Origin: Octopus vulgaris
Lineage: Eukaryota
Assembly (NCBI GenBank): GCA_951406725.2
Contig: OX597816.1
Coordinates: 91,140,001-91,204,000, forward strand
Length of the DNA: 64,000 nucleotides
Reading direction: 5' to 3'
In this document: one piece after another, positions 12,476 to 24,546 of the stretch
Numbering within the stretch: position 1 is the stretch's first letter
Layout: each line of letters begins with the position of its first letter
Translations under genes and position numbers: made by a program
Notes under the pieces: generated by a model
Database searches by the model: none
What the model saw: only the letters and a program-made list of their open reading frames with translations
What the model was told of the DNA's origin: nothing

Positions 12476-14150
12476 GTATGTCGTGTGCATGTGTGGGGTA
12501 TCGAAACTAAGAAGAGTCAGAGAGAGAGAGAGGGGGGAGAAACCTGTTTAATCGTGATATATATTAAGGAGATACATTTCAATTTCAGTTTAAACTGCAA
12601 ATCCTGAAATATCTTCAGAGTGTGATTAAATATTTCGCTTTGTGAAAATTTAATTCTTTCGTCGTATGAGATATGTATTATGATCTGCCAATTCCAGATG
12701 AATTACTTAAAACCTATAAACTTGCAGCCAAGTGATTTCGTGTTCAGTCCACTGGTGTAACACCTCGAGCTGACTAAAACCTTATGAGTGAATTTCGGGG
12801 CCAAAACTGTGTTGAGGCTGGGCTATATATATATATATAGAACCCAGAACCATGTGGTTAGTTATCAAACTACCTACCACACAGCCACTTCTGCACCTGT
12901 TATACTATCAGGAAGTGTCTTTATATTTTACTATTTAAATTATGAAAGCATTCGGTAATGAACCTGTAAGATTTGGTGTATGGGTAATGGAGTTTGTGTT
13001 AGTTGGCTGCATGTCGTCCCAACAGTAAACCAAACGAGCAAATAGTTGAAATATATTTATTTTTCATTTAGGCAATTAAAATATTTATACTCGAATTTTT
13101 TTATTTTTTTATTTTATAGTCACCAGTAGTGTATTGTAGGAAGCTCGAATCAAACAGCTGTGATCAAATTGGTAACAGAAAATATTAGTGTTTCTTGAGA
13201 GGCGGGAAAAACGTTTGTTCAAAATTATTGAGAAATCCTTTTTACACTGGACTGAAAGTCAGCGAAGGAAAACTTGACATTGTAAGAATTAGTTGCTTCT
13301 ACAAAGATAGTCTGCGCTCTCTCGTTTGGTTTTGGCAAGCGATGATGATGAGTGTTCTCTAGTAGATATCAACCTCTGCAATGATTTTGGCGCGATTTTG
13401 CTTTCATAACACCTTTTGCGCAGTCACAATCGTAGAACATTCAATTATGTTCTCTGATATGGTGTGGTGTTTCTGCCAGCTGATCGGTCGGTAATCAGGG
13501 CGTGCAGCCTGATTCAAATGTAGACTGGACTCAGCTATCAGGGTTCGGAGGTTTCGATTCTGGGTCTCACTACAAGATTATGTTCTCGACTATGAATGCA
13601 GTCACATCTAGGATGATTTATATGAATATCAAATCGACGCCCAGTCCTTGAGCCGTGTTTTATTACACCGATCTCGGAAGTATGAAAGACAAAGTTAACT
13701 TTGGTGCGACTTGAACTCAGAAGTTAAAGATCCGTACGTAAATAATTGACGCTCAAACGATTTGCCGAATTCCCGTCTTAGGGACTCGTGTCTTACAATA
13801 GTGTCAGTATCGAAAATGTTCACTGCAAACACGATATGGTAGATGGAGCTGAAGAAAGTCCATCTTGTATGTGTATGTGTGTGTATATATGTGTATGTAA
13901 CACCCCCAAAACATAACAATAAACATTAATCTCAAAAATCTAACAGTTAAATAATAATAATATAATATTCAAATAGTATTTATTTAGTTATCTAAATAAT
14001 TATATAACAAATTAATCTAAAATTATTTCATTAGTAATTTCCTGTATGATCATCCATATTGTTATAAAAGATTTCTTTTAAGCAAAAATTATAAGAACAA
14101 CAAATATAGTTATGCATGATAATCTTCAAGATAAAAAACAAACATAAAAT

Positions 14151-14208
<58 letters not shown>

Positions 14209-14579
14209 GTAATATATATATATAAGGATAAAGATTAACAAGTATTTATTAAACATATCTACATATAAGAAACAATATATTTTCTATCTCTGACACAAAA
14301 TCAAACTTTATATAATAAATGATTCCGCAAAAAGATATTTATTTTAAACAACCAGAGGTATATCTAGTTCAAATAACAACCACAGAACTCAATAGAATTC
14401 AATTTATTCATTATAATAAATTAAATATAAATATCTTATCTTTAAAAGAAATTATACATAACTAAGAATTCAATAAAAAACTTTATAAAAATATCTAAAT
14501 ATTATAATATAAAACATTAAATTAAAACAATGAAGTTAGTAAGTAATATTTAATTAACATAATTATCTTTAACTTTCAA

Positions 14580-14790
14580 GGCGGCGAACTGGCGAATCGT
14601 CATCGCGCCGGGGAAAAATACTTAGCGGCATTTCTTCTAACTTCACGTTCTGAGTTCAAATTCCGCCGGGATCGACTTTGCTTTTCGGGGTCGACAAAAT
14701 AAGAACTATTTGAATACTGGGGCCAATGTAATCGACTTATGACTTACCCCAAAATTTCTGGCCTTGTGCTAAAATTTGAAATCAATATCT
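14580..14790 (+). mobile_element. tRNA-derived SINE, family 1
   Basis: ggcggcgaactggcgaatcg...gttctgagttcaaattccgccg...gtaatcgactt. Confidence 0.85.
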
Positions 14791-14914
14791 TTAATTTTGA
14801 CTAAACCAATCAGATTTTCTATATTAAAATTTTTAGAACAAATAAATGTTTAGTTATTAACTAATTACAATCTTATCTACGGTATTTTAATACAATCTTT
14901 TTAGTGTAAATAAT

Positions 14915-15120
14915 TTGTGTGTATGCGTGTGTGCATGTGTTCGTCACCACTACTCGATAACCAGTGTTTGTTTGTTTACGTACGTTCCCACAATTTAGGA
15001 TCGGCAAAAGGGATACAATAAATACTGGGGTTGATTTGTTCGACAAAACCCTTCAAGGCAATAACCCGGCATGGCCGCATTCCAATACCTGAAACGAATA
15101 AAAGGCAAAAATAAAAGATA
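14915..15120 (+). mobile_element. SINE family 2, 3' half
   Basis: aaatactggggttgatttgttcgac...catggccgca...gaaac, ending in an A-rich tail. Confidence 0.7.
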
Positions 15121-15961
15121 ATATATATCTAAAGAATTGACTAAAACTGTTAGCAGTGGACGTTGAATACTGATTGTGTTGTGCCATTATTACATTGGAA
15201 ATGTTAGAGACTTCTATTTCCTATATCAACCATTAGTTAGACATTAGATTTAAGCCTGTATTATAATGTTATTGGGTATTTACACCCTTGAGATAACTTC
15301 ATAGAACAAGCTAGAGAAACTTTACGATTTCCCTATCGAAACATCTTTAAAGGCCAAGCGAAGATGGCTTATCTATAGGCCATGTCTTTGATTTTTGACA
15401 GGTATGTTTTAGCTTTTCTTTCTTTCGAAATAAATAACAGCGCTTTTGATAAATTGTCGATTTAGGGGTGAATAGTCTGGCGCTCACATTACACCCATTC
15501 CCTCACCGCTATTCAAAAAGTGGGGCGAGATATTGACATCTGCAGGCTGTGGTGTATCTAGTTATAACCTTCTAGCAAGTGGAGACAACCAGCACCACTT
15601 TGACATTTACGATGTTTTTATCTTTTTGTAGAGGACCCATTTAATGACACACACAAGCAGTATTTCTTTTCTTAAATAAACAAATACTTTTATCTCTTGA
15701 ATAAAATAAAATATATTTACTTTATTTGCCATTCATGAAATGGAAAAAGAAATATCAATCTATGAACTTATTGTTTTGTTTCATAAACAGCTCGTTACTT
15801 TCCTTTTATCGATGTTGTTGTTTAACCCTTTCCCCGAAGGTTACTAACATCGCTTTTTGACCAAAACATTAATTTTATGTTCGTTCAGTTATTATATATC
15901 GTCAGAATCTAAGACATTCAACAGTATCAGCAACTGTGTTAATGGTCATTTAATTCAATGC

Positions 15962-16121
15962 ATGTATGTATGTATGTATGTATGTATGTATGTATGTATG
16001 TATGTATGTATGTATGTATGGATGGATGGATGGATGGATGGATGGATGGATGGATGGATGGATGGATGGTTGGATGTGTGTAAGTATGCATCCATGTATG
16101 TGGATGCGTGTAGATGTGGAA

Positions 16122-16170
<49 letters not shown>
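15962..16170. repeat. (TATG)n, (GGAT)n and (TA)n microsatellites
   Basis: Directly visible. Confidence 0.95.
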
Positions 16171-16172
<2 letters not shown>

Positions 16173-16202
16173 CACATGTACACACATCCACATACATGTA
16201 TG

Positions 16203-16345
16203 CATTCAAAATGTGACCGCGTGTGTACCGTTGGCGATTTTTTTCCTCCGTCTTCCCTTCCTTCCTGAGCGTCCAATAATACTATATTTGTTCCACGTTC
16301 TCGCGTTGTTATGTTTTCTCTTTGTGTTTTCATGTTTGGATTAAC
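16203..16345 (+). mobile_element. Family-B short element with the hammerhead deleted
   Basis: Colinear with 36604-36814 but lacks about 70 bp covering the HHR. Confidence 0.8.
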
Positions 16346-16349
16346 TATG

Positions 16350-16402
<53 letters not shown>

Positions 16403-16439
16403 GTATGTATATATATGTATATATATGTGTGGCTATATA

Positions 16440-16497
<58 letters not shown>

Positions 16498-16865
16498 CAA
16501 GGTCATGTCTCTTTCTCTCTCTGTATATGTATGTGTTTGAGTATTTGTGTGTGTGTGTGTGTGTGTGTGCGTGTGCACATAGACATACCATACTGATTTC
16601 AATTCTATATCAATAAAGACAATTTTATTGGATACAGTACCACTAATCATTTTGGGGTTTTGTCACACACGCACACACACATGCGCACACGCTCGCGCAC
16701 ACTGCATCCCAAACAGTCAATAAAGAAAGGGATTCCATTTCGTGAGATAATTTATACAAAAATACGTGTTCGCTATATTTCCGGCTGTTGCCTTATATTT
16801 GTAGTTGTCGGGATATGCTATATTTAAACCATATCACATACATAAGTCTTTATATTTAAATTCCG

Positions 16866-17167
16866 GATGCGCAATGGCCTAGTGGTTAGGGCAGCGGACT
16901 CGCGGTCGCAGGATCGCAGTTTCGATTCCCAGACCGGGCGTTGTGAGTGTTTATTGAGCGAAAACACCTAAAAAGCTCCACGAGGCTCCGGCAGGGGGTG
17001 GTGATCCCTGCTGTACTCTTTCACCACTCTTTCTCCCACTCTTTCTTCTGTTGGCCTGCTCGCTTAGCCAGCGGGGTGGCGTCATTCGAAGGCTAAAACA
17101 ATGCCAACGCATTGTGACCAGCGATGTGTAACAACATCTGATGGTCTGGTCGGTCACGTGATCACAT
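16866..17167 (+). mobile_element. tRNA-derived SINE with family-3-like head
   Basis: A box tggcctagtgg, B box gtttcgattcc, short tandem tail (tcacgtga/tcacatga). Confidence 0.8.
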
Positions 17168-17189
17168 GATTTAAATTCCATTGACGAAG

Positions 17190-17570
17190 GCAGTAAGTTA
17201 TCGCAACCTCCTTGGGTTTGACTATCAGAAACACTGCTTCCGAACCTTATAGTTCTGGGTTCAGTCCCACTTCATGGTGCATTAGGCCAGTGTCTTCTAC
17301 TTATCGAATAATACCTTGTGAGTGAATTTGGTAGACGGAAATCTGTCTGAAAGACCGTCATATGTCATTGTGTTAGTGTTTGACCCTTTTAACCACTTGA
17401 CAACCGTATGTCTCCGTAACTTAGCGCTTCGGGAAAAGAGACCGATAAAATAAATACCAAGCTTTAAAAAAAATAAGTACTGGGGTCGATTAGTTCGAGT
17501 GAAATTCTTCAAGGCGGTGCTCCAGCTTGGCCGTAGTCTAAAAATGACTGAAACAAGTGAAAGATAAAAT
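17190..17570 (+). mobile_element. SINE family 2
   Basis: gggttcagtcccac...gtgagtgaatttggtagacggaaa...aaggcggtgctccagc...gactgaaacaag. Confidence 0.85.
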
Positions 17571-17585
17571 ATAAGACACGCGCGT

Positions 17586-17632
<47 letters not shown>

Positions 17633-17637
<5 letters not shown>

Positions 17638-17959
17638 TATCCGAAATGTACAGTATTATTTATCCATTACGGCTGATGTTCCCAAACAGTTTCGCGCTAG
17701 GGGTACAACGAAGTGTTAGGTAACAATTCAATTATATAACCCTATATAACGCTCATCAGAACATAGGGTTATATGGAATGAAATATGGCGACTGCCATAT
17801 TTCATTCCATATCGGCTACCTCCATATAGTCCTACGTTCTGATGAGCGTAGGGCTGTATATCGGATTATTACCTAACAATCCGTTGTACCTCCAGCGTGA
17901 AACTGAGTGGTAAGATCAGCCGTGATGGATATATAATACTGTACATTTCGGGTAACATA
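17633..17959. mobile_element. Fold-back element with a hammerhead-like motif in each arm
   Basis: Imperfect inverted arms around a perfect 19-bp hairpin (17771-17812). CTGATGA...GAAAC on + (17839-17903) and on - (17759-17689), the latter with stem II GCGTTA/TAGCGC. Confidence 0.7.
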
Positions 17960-18302
17960 CCCACTCTGTTGACAGATATACGAGTACATGTATTTTCTGA
18001 CTTATGGACTTTTAGACGACTTACGCGCTATATATGTATGTGTTTGTGTGCGCGTGTATGAATGTGTGTATGTATGTGTGTGTTTGTTTGCGTGTGTGTG
18101 TGTATAAGCAAAAAGGTTTACATAAACTACAGAATAAATCTATAGATGCATATGTAATTTCATTAAACTCAAAATTCTACACTGTCGTAAATGATGTATT
18201 TTTTTTTACCATAAATAGAAAGATAATGGGTTAAAATTGACAACTAATATACATACTCGCCTCAGTAATGTACAAAAGTGAATTTATAGAAGATAGTAAG
18301 TA

Positions 18303-18742
18303 CTGGGTAGTTCCGAAGTCACGCCACTATTTAAAAACTGAATAACATTTTAATATTTGTTTACTTCTGAAAGAAAGTTTCTGTAAATGACAATATAACA
18401 TTTGAATTTTCTTTTTAGTTTAATTGTGAAAGGTGATGTCACGCAAATGACCTCCGTTTGACTCTTCACAAGCAACAAGCAAGCCGTTTGAAGTGCATTT
18501 TCCAAGATACGGGTTAATGTGTGACGTACCTGTGCTCGAATTTCTGCTAGAAAGTTTTCCTTCAGTTGCTGGATATTGCGGGGTTTGTTAATGTACACAT
18601 GATCCTATAGATAGCCCCACAGGAAAATGTATGGTGCGGTTAGATCAGGAGGATTGGGTGATCATTTCTCCTGCTCAGTATGTAATTACTAATAAAATTA
18701 TTCTGAATTTCTTAAATAGCAGAGCGACTTTTGGGCCACTGT
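18303..18742 (-). mobile_element. Internally deleted Tc1/mariner-type transposon
   Basis: PNPPDLTAPYIFLWGYL*DHVYINKPRNIQQLK matches the SPDL...FLWGYLK..VY motif; imperfect TIRs flanked by TA. Confidence 0.75.
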
Positions 18743-19059
18743 ATATTACCAGTCATATATACTAATATGGACTAGTAATATACATACATACATACATACA
18801 TACATACATACATACATACATACATACATACATACATACATACATACATACTATCTTTTATCAACTTTTCACAGTGCTAATGTATTTATACCAACTACTA
18901 TTAAGGTCTTCATTAAACTGGATACACTGTTTTGCATAATTGACGCATTCTCAGCAGTTACTTGAATTCATAAGTTGCTGGAGCGTTGGCAACATTCATT
19001 TTTTTATATAACATAAATCGTTACAGAATACGACCATAGAATTCTGCCAGCACTGTGTG

Positions 19060-19740
19060 AATATAAAATAATGCCTGAACTCAAAATTAAGATTGGATTT
19101 TCCTTATGGTCAGACACTCAGGAGGTAATAGGATAGTTTAAGAAAATAGAGAAAACAAAAAAATTCCAAATTTATACAATTAGATATAGATAACTACTAC
19201 TCTACAATTAACCATTTAATACTCCATATAGCATTCATATTTGCAATGAAAAATTCTAGTTTATCTAAGCCAGATGTAGACATAATATTAACAGCACGAG
19301 AAACCGTTATGAATTACAACAAACTATGGTCGAGATCAAAGAGAACGAAATCAATCGATATACCAATGGGTTCGGGCGACTCAGCTCAGGTCACGGATAT
19401 GGCAGGGATTTACATCTTATTCGACATCAAATCCTTATTCCCACAAGTAACCGGTATATACAGAGACGATGCTATTTTCGTAATAGATAATTCAACTAAA
19501 GTAAAAGTAGAGCGATACAGAAAAAAACTACATAAAGTATTTAAAATTTTCGGCCTATGTATAACCATAGACAATAATTACCGTAAGGTAAATTTCCTAG
19601 ATGCTACTTTTAACTTAGAAACAGGGATGTACGAACCAGACCACAAACCAAACGAGTGTCTTAGATACACAAATGTAAAGTCCAGTCATCTCCCACCCAT
19701 ATCCAAAGGAATAGTTAGGAACATAGCCACCAGAATACGA
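19060..19740 (+). pseudogene. Penelope-like reverse transcriptase fragment (Naiad-like)
   Basis: FIQLDIDNYY, DIPMGSGDS, GIYRDDA, VNFLDATFNL and KPNECLRYTNVKSSHLP motifs (ORF 19246-19803 and upstream frames). Confidence 0.85.
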
Positions 19741-20125
19741 ATATATATATATATGTATGTGCGTGTGCGTGTGTGTGTGTGTGTGTATATGTCCGAGCTT
19801 TAGTACGTATATAAATGTATATGTGAACCAACATATATGTATACGTATAGACCGAATCTTAAAGGTCAGCTAAGGACATTCGCATGTGTAACCAACCATG
19901 AAGAACAAATCAACAATACAAAGAAATCCCTTTAAAACGGCAACCACTTTAACAGTAGTAGAATCACCTTCCCATTACATCTACACTTTCAAAGCAGTTT
20001 GCCAACGGTCCTTCAGCAACAACACACCCTGATAAACACAGTGACTTCTACTAAATTCAGGCCACGACAGAGGATGTTCTTGAACCCGGGAAGTTGAACT
20101 TACGGAGACAATATTTACATATCGC

Positions 20126-20217
20126 CTGAGGAAACACAACTAGATCTCATAATGTAGAGAAGCAGTTGCATAATTACCTGCACGTCTGGAGAACTACGTT
20201 GCATGGGAACAATTGTC
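20126..20217 (+). ncRNA. Degenerate hammerhead in the putative 3' region of the PLE
   Basis: CTGAGGA, stem caac-tagatctc / gagaacta-c-gttg, then GGAA-CAATTG-TC with palindromic ACAATTGT. Stem I is broken. Confidence 0.45.
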
Positions 20218-20273
20218 ATTGAAAAATAAATGTCCAACCGGATACCTTCATGTTGACTCCAATTTTTTCAATA

Positions 20274-20346
<73 letters not shown>

Positions 20347-20443
20347 ATTGTGTGTGTGTGTGTGTGTGTATATTATAATTGTGTATATAGTAGAATGTAT
20401 ATATGCATAAATATCATGCATTGAATATAAATTTATATATGAC

Positions 20444-20513
<70 letters not shown>

Positions 20514-20524
20514 AATGTATATGA

Positions 20525-20585
<61 letters not shown>

Positions 20586-21039
20586 TATATATACGAACAC
20601 AAATTTACATGTGTATATGCGTGTGAGTGTGTGCGCGCGGTTGTTTTCCTATTTTTAACAGCTTTTCACGCTTGCTATTTTGTAGACAGTAGATGTGGAA
20701 ATTTGTAGAAACAAACCAACGACCACAAAGTTAAAGCTATACTTTAAATTTCTTGTTCATGCTGTGTGAGGAAATTTGCAGTAAGGTATGAATTTTATTA
20801 CCGTTAAAAATACTGGGGACAGGACAAATGGCTGGGAAAGCAAATTAAAAAGTTATTTGACTGAAGTAACGGAGTTCATTTATTCAGCTTTCTGACGAAA
20901 GTCGAGATAAGATACGAAAGATAAATATGTTTAATTAATATGTATTCAACATTAATGTGTATACAACATTCAATGAATACAAGCTGCGATATGATTAAAT
21001 AAGGATGTTATGCTCTGAACCGTGAAAAACAATTTTATA

Positions 21040-21600
21040 AGTTAGCCACTTGGCATTACTACGCTATTCATCTCTTTTATAATAATCTATTTTCACAACA
21101 TTTTCTTTATCGTCTTTCTCTTTTACGATTCCTTAATCATTTGGTTTGTGTTTCCAATTATATGAACCATATCTTGGTATTGTTGCTTTGAACATATTTT
21201 TATAGTAACAATAATCAGAGAATTCCTTCAACCACTTGACTTCCAGTTATCATTCAGAGATCCAACAATCTTTTAGTACAATTAATAAATTATGTGTAGA
21301 GATATTTAGATCTCATGCAGAGAAGCCACTGGGTTTTTATTAATAGACAATTTCATATTTCTAGCATCAATAATAGCGCTAATTGCTCTTCCGTTAGTTG
21401 CCTTAGTGTAATGTTTTAAAGTATGTTCTAAATTTTTTCTAACCATATGCATAGAAAAAAATATGAGAAAAATGATAATTCAGAATATCATTTGAACCAT
21501 TCACCGACAAAGAGATTTACAATAGGAACATATGAATGAGTTTATAGAGAAATAAAAATAATTGAATCTGTCATGTGATTGAAAGGACATCTTTATGTTG
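21040..21600 (-). pseudogene. Possible decayed non-LTR retrotransposon fragment (R4/Dong-like)
   Basis: Weak resemblance to the region upstream of the CCHC knuckle; many stops. Confidence 0.25.
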
Positions 21601-21679
21601 TTTTAATAATCATTTCAAGGTAGAGTTTTATTGTGCGTGCCTTATACAGAGCAAATTTGTTCATAATAATAGATTCATG

Positions 21680-21870
21680 TAAGGCGGCGAAATGACAGAA
21701 TCGTTACCGTAGCGGACAAAATGCTTAGTGGCATTTCTTTCGGCTTTACGATCTATGTTCAAATTCTGTCGAGATCAACTTTACTTCCATAAAATAAGTA
21801 TCAACTGAGCACTGGTGTGATTAACTTTTCCCTCTCCCCCAAATATCAGGCCTTATGTCTATAACTTAAG
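21680..21870 (+). mobile_element. SINE family 1
   Basis: aaggcggcgaaatgacagaatcgttac...gttcaaattc...aaataagtatcaactgagcactgg. Confidence 0.75.
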
Positions 21871-22030
21871 GAATAACAAATTCGTGTTGCTGATATTGTT
21901 GTTTAGACCTAAATCAGCTTTTATCAAGCAAATCTATGTTCAAAAGCATTCTAACCATGACAATTCCGTTTATTTTTAAAGTTCTTTTTTTAATATTTTT
22001 TAAATCTGGGATTACATTATTATTAGTAAA

Positions 22031-22348
22031 GGCGCGTGGCTTAGTGGCTAGGGTATTAGGATCGTGATCGTAAGGTCGCGGGTTCGATTCCCGGTGGTCC
22101 GTTATGTCTCTGAGCAAGATACTTTATTTCGCGTAGATCCAGTTCACTCAGCTGGCAAAAATGAGTAGTAGTTGTATTTCAAAGGGCCAGTCTTATCACA
22201 CTGTGTCACGCTAAATTTCCCTGAGAACTACGTTAAGGATACGCATGTCTGTAGAATGCTCAGCCACTTGTACGTTAATTTCACGAGCAGGCTGTTCTCT
22301 TGATCGGTCAACTGGATCCAATGTCGTCGTAAGCGACGGAGTGCCAGT
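22031..22348 (+). mobile_element. tRNA-derived SINE, family 3
   Basis: A box tggcttagtgg, B box ggttcgattcc; body shared with 61827-62140. Confidence 0.85.
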
Positions 22349-23128
22349 ATATAGAGTACATTATTATTTTTTTAAGGCAGTATGATGTGACCTGAGAGGA
22401 TTTTACTGTTATTTCTAGCAGGCCAGGCAACAGTGAAAGTTTTCTTATTGACTTGATAACAATTTTCTCTTACTGGCAATTCTTATGTGATCGATACAAA
22501 TTCTACATCCTTTGATAGGCTTCTATATGTGAGTCTTACGAAACAGGTATGCTAATTTAGTTTGTTAGAACAATACTTGTTAATAAGTGCATTGTGTTTG
22601 GACACTACTGTAAGTGTCATGTTTATAATTCGTTAGAAGTATTATAAGACCTATTCAGAACTATTGTCAAACACTCCTTCAGCATTATTGAGAATTCTTA
22701 ATCTGCCATCGAGCTTTACTCTCAACCCAAATATTCCTTTGTGTTCTCTTTCTCTGTCTCTGTCTCCCTCCCCCTCTCTATCTGTTTTATGATAACTTAG
22801 GCACTCATAAACTGTTTTCCTTGATACACGATTCCTTCTTTTTAGGTAACAAGCACGTAACACAAACTGCCAGCTACACTAACATCCTGGTTATTCTATT
22901 CGATATTAGAACGGCCTTAATAGAAATGGGTTAGACAAGCGACACTTCCTTGGTTTATAATGAAAAATATTATTTCCGCAATGTTTATTATACATTCAAT
23001 TTGTCATACGATCTAAAATTGTAGACTCTGATTTCTATATCTTATTCGTTCATATTTACTGCAATTATGACAAAAGCCTTTAGAAATTATAAGCTTTTCA
23101 AAAACATATTGTAAATCAAATATTTTTC

Positions 23129-23304
23129 TTTTAGAGTCCTTTATCTGAAATCTTTTGTTACACGTCCTGTGACCTCTTCAGTGACTCTCCATCCCACGTG
23201 TCTCTTGTTGTTCTGTTTAGAACAGGAGGAGACACGTAAGATGGAGAGTCGGTGAAGAGGTCACAAGATATGTGACGAAAGATTTCAAACAAAGGACTCT
23301 AAAA
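23129..23304. mobile_element. 176-bp fold-back element with a hammerhead-like motif in each arm
   Basis: + arm: GTGAAGA-G-GTCACA/TGTGAC-GAAA-GA-TTTC. - arm: CTGAAGA-G-GTCACA/TGTAAC-AAAA-GA-TTTC. The two arms together give an intact consensus core. Confidence 0.65.
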
Positions 23305-24239
23305 TAAGCATAATAATAAAGCTGAAGCAAATAATTTTCATTTCCCCAAATGAAATTGGTAAAAAGAACGTTAATGTGATTTTCTTTTCAAAACTATGGC
23401 TTGACAGTTCAAGCTCTAAATATTCCAGGATTTTCATTTCTATTTATGATATGAAAAATTTTAAACTATATTGATAAGCTAAATACGAAATTAACCAATA
23501 TGGCAGAATTGCATTGTTCTCATAACTCCGTCTGAAACATTAAAACATACAGATGCTGTTTATTTGACTAAAGCACTGATGCCGCTGCTCTTTTACCGAG
23601 CACAAATAACGCAACGCTAGAAAGAACCAGAAAAGTGAATACTATATCTTTTCTTTTCCCAGACGTACAAATTAACGAAAACATCAAATATAAACATGTT
23701 AAACTATCCAACCTCAAAATACCAAGAGCCATCTTTGTTATTAAAAGATAGAGGGTGCATTAATAACATTCTATTTTTTCCTTGCGTATCTGTTTCATAA
23801 ATACAGAACTTATGATTGCGAGGATGCAAGAAAACCTGTATTTTACAGTACTGAAAAACTCCAAGAAGTTGCAAATAGAAGCATTATGAAAGTTGCGGGG
23901 AAGCAGCAATGCGAAATGATGTAATCTGGCAAAATGGTGTAATCTGGCAAATGCTACATGCATTCAGGATTTCATTATGAATAATCAATCTCTTTCAACG
24001 AATATTAAACCAAAGTTTGTCTTTATTTATGAAATGTTCAAAATGCCTGCTTCACAAAAGCTCTTTCAAAACAGGCTTTCCCTAATGAAGTATTGCAAAA
24101 CTTATTTCCTGTTCCAGTCCCCCTGCGTGGCACATTGGACAAGTATATTTCTACTACTGACTCAAGTCTGCGTAAATCAAGTGAGTGAAATTTATTAACT
24201 TCTCTTTGTCCATTGTATTACCTGTAGATATTGTACACA

Positions 24240-24277
<38 letters not shown>

Positions 24278-24284
24278 AAAGTTC

Positions 24285-24546
24285 AGGAGCGGAGTCGATA
24301 AAATCCGAGCTACGTATGTTTCATTTCGAATGGAACCTCGGAAGTAGTAAATATCCATGCGAGGTATATACAGTAGGCTACCCTTCATGCCATGGGTGTC
24401 TTGATTATATGAAATTTACTTTGCCGTTAGAAGACCCATGTTAATACTTTTGGCCTGCGGTATACACTTCGCTTGGATATTTACTACTTCCGAGGTTCCA
24501 TTCGCTATGAAACATATGTAGCCCGGATTTTATCTACTCCATTCCT
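24285..24546. mobile_element. 262-bp fold-back element with a degenerate hammerhead in the arms
   Basis: Inverted arms. + arm has GCTAT-GAAA-CATATG-TA-GCCC; - arm has GGC-ATGAAGG-GTAGC upstream of GAAA-CATACG-TA. Confidence 0.6.

Noticed and set aside
20891-20925. CTGACGA...GAAA motif
   Set aside because: Stem II is weak and stem I cannot form; probably chance.
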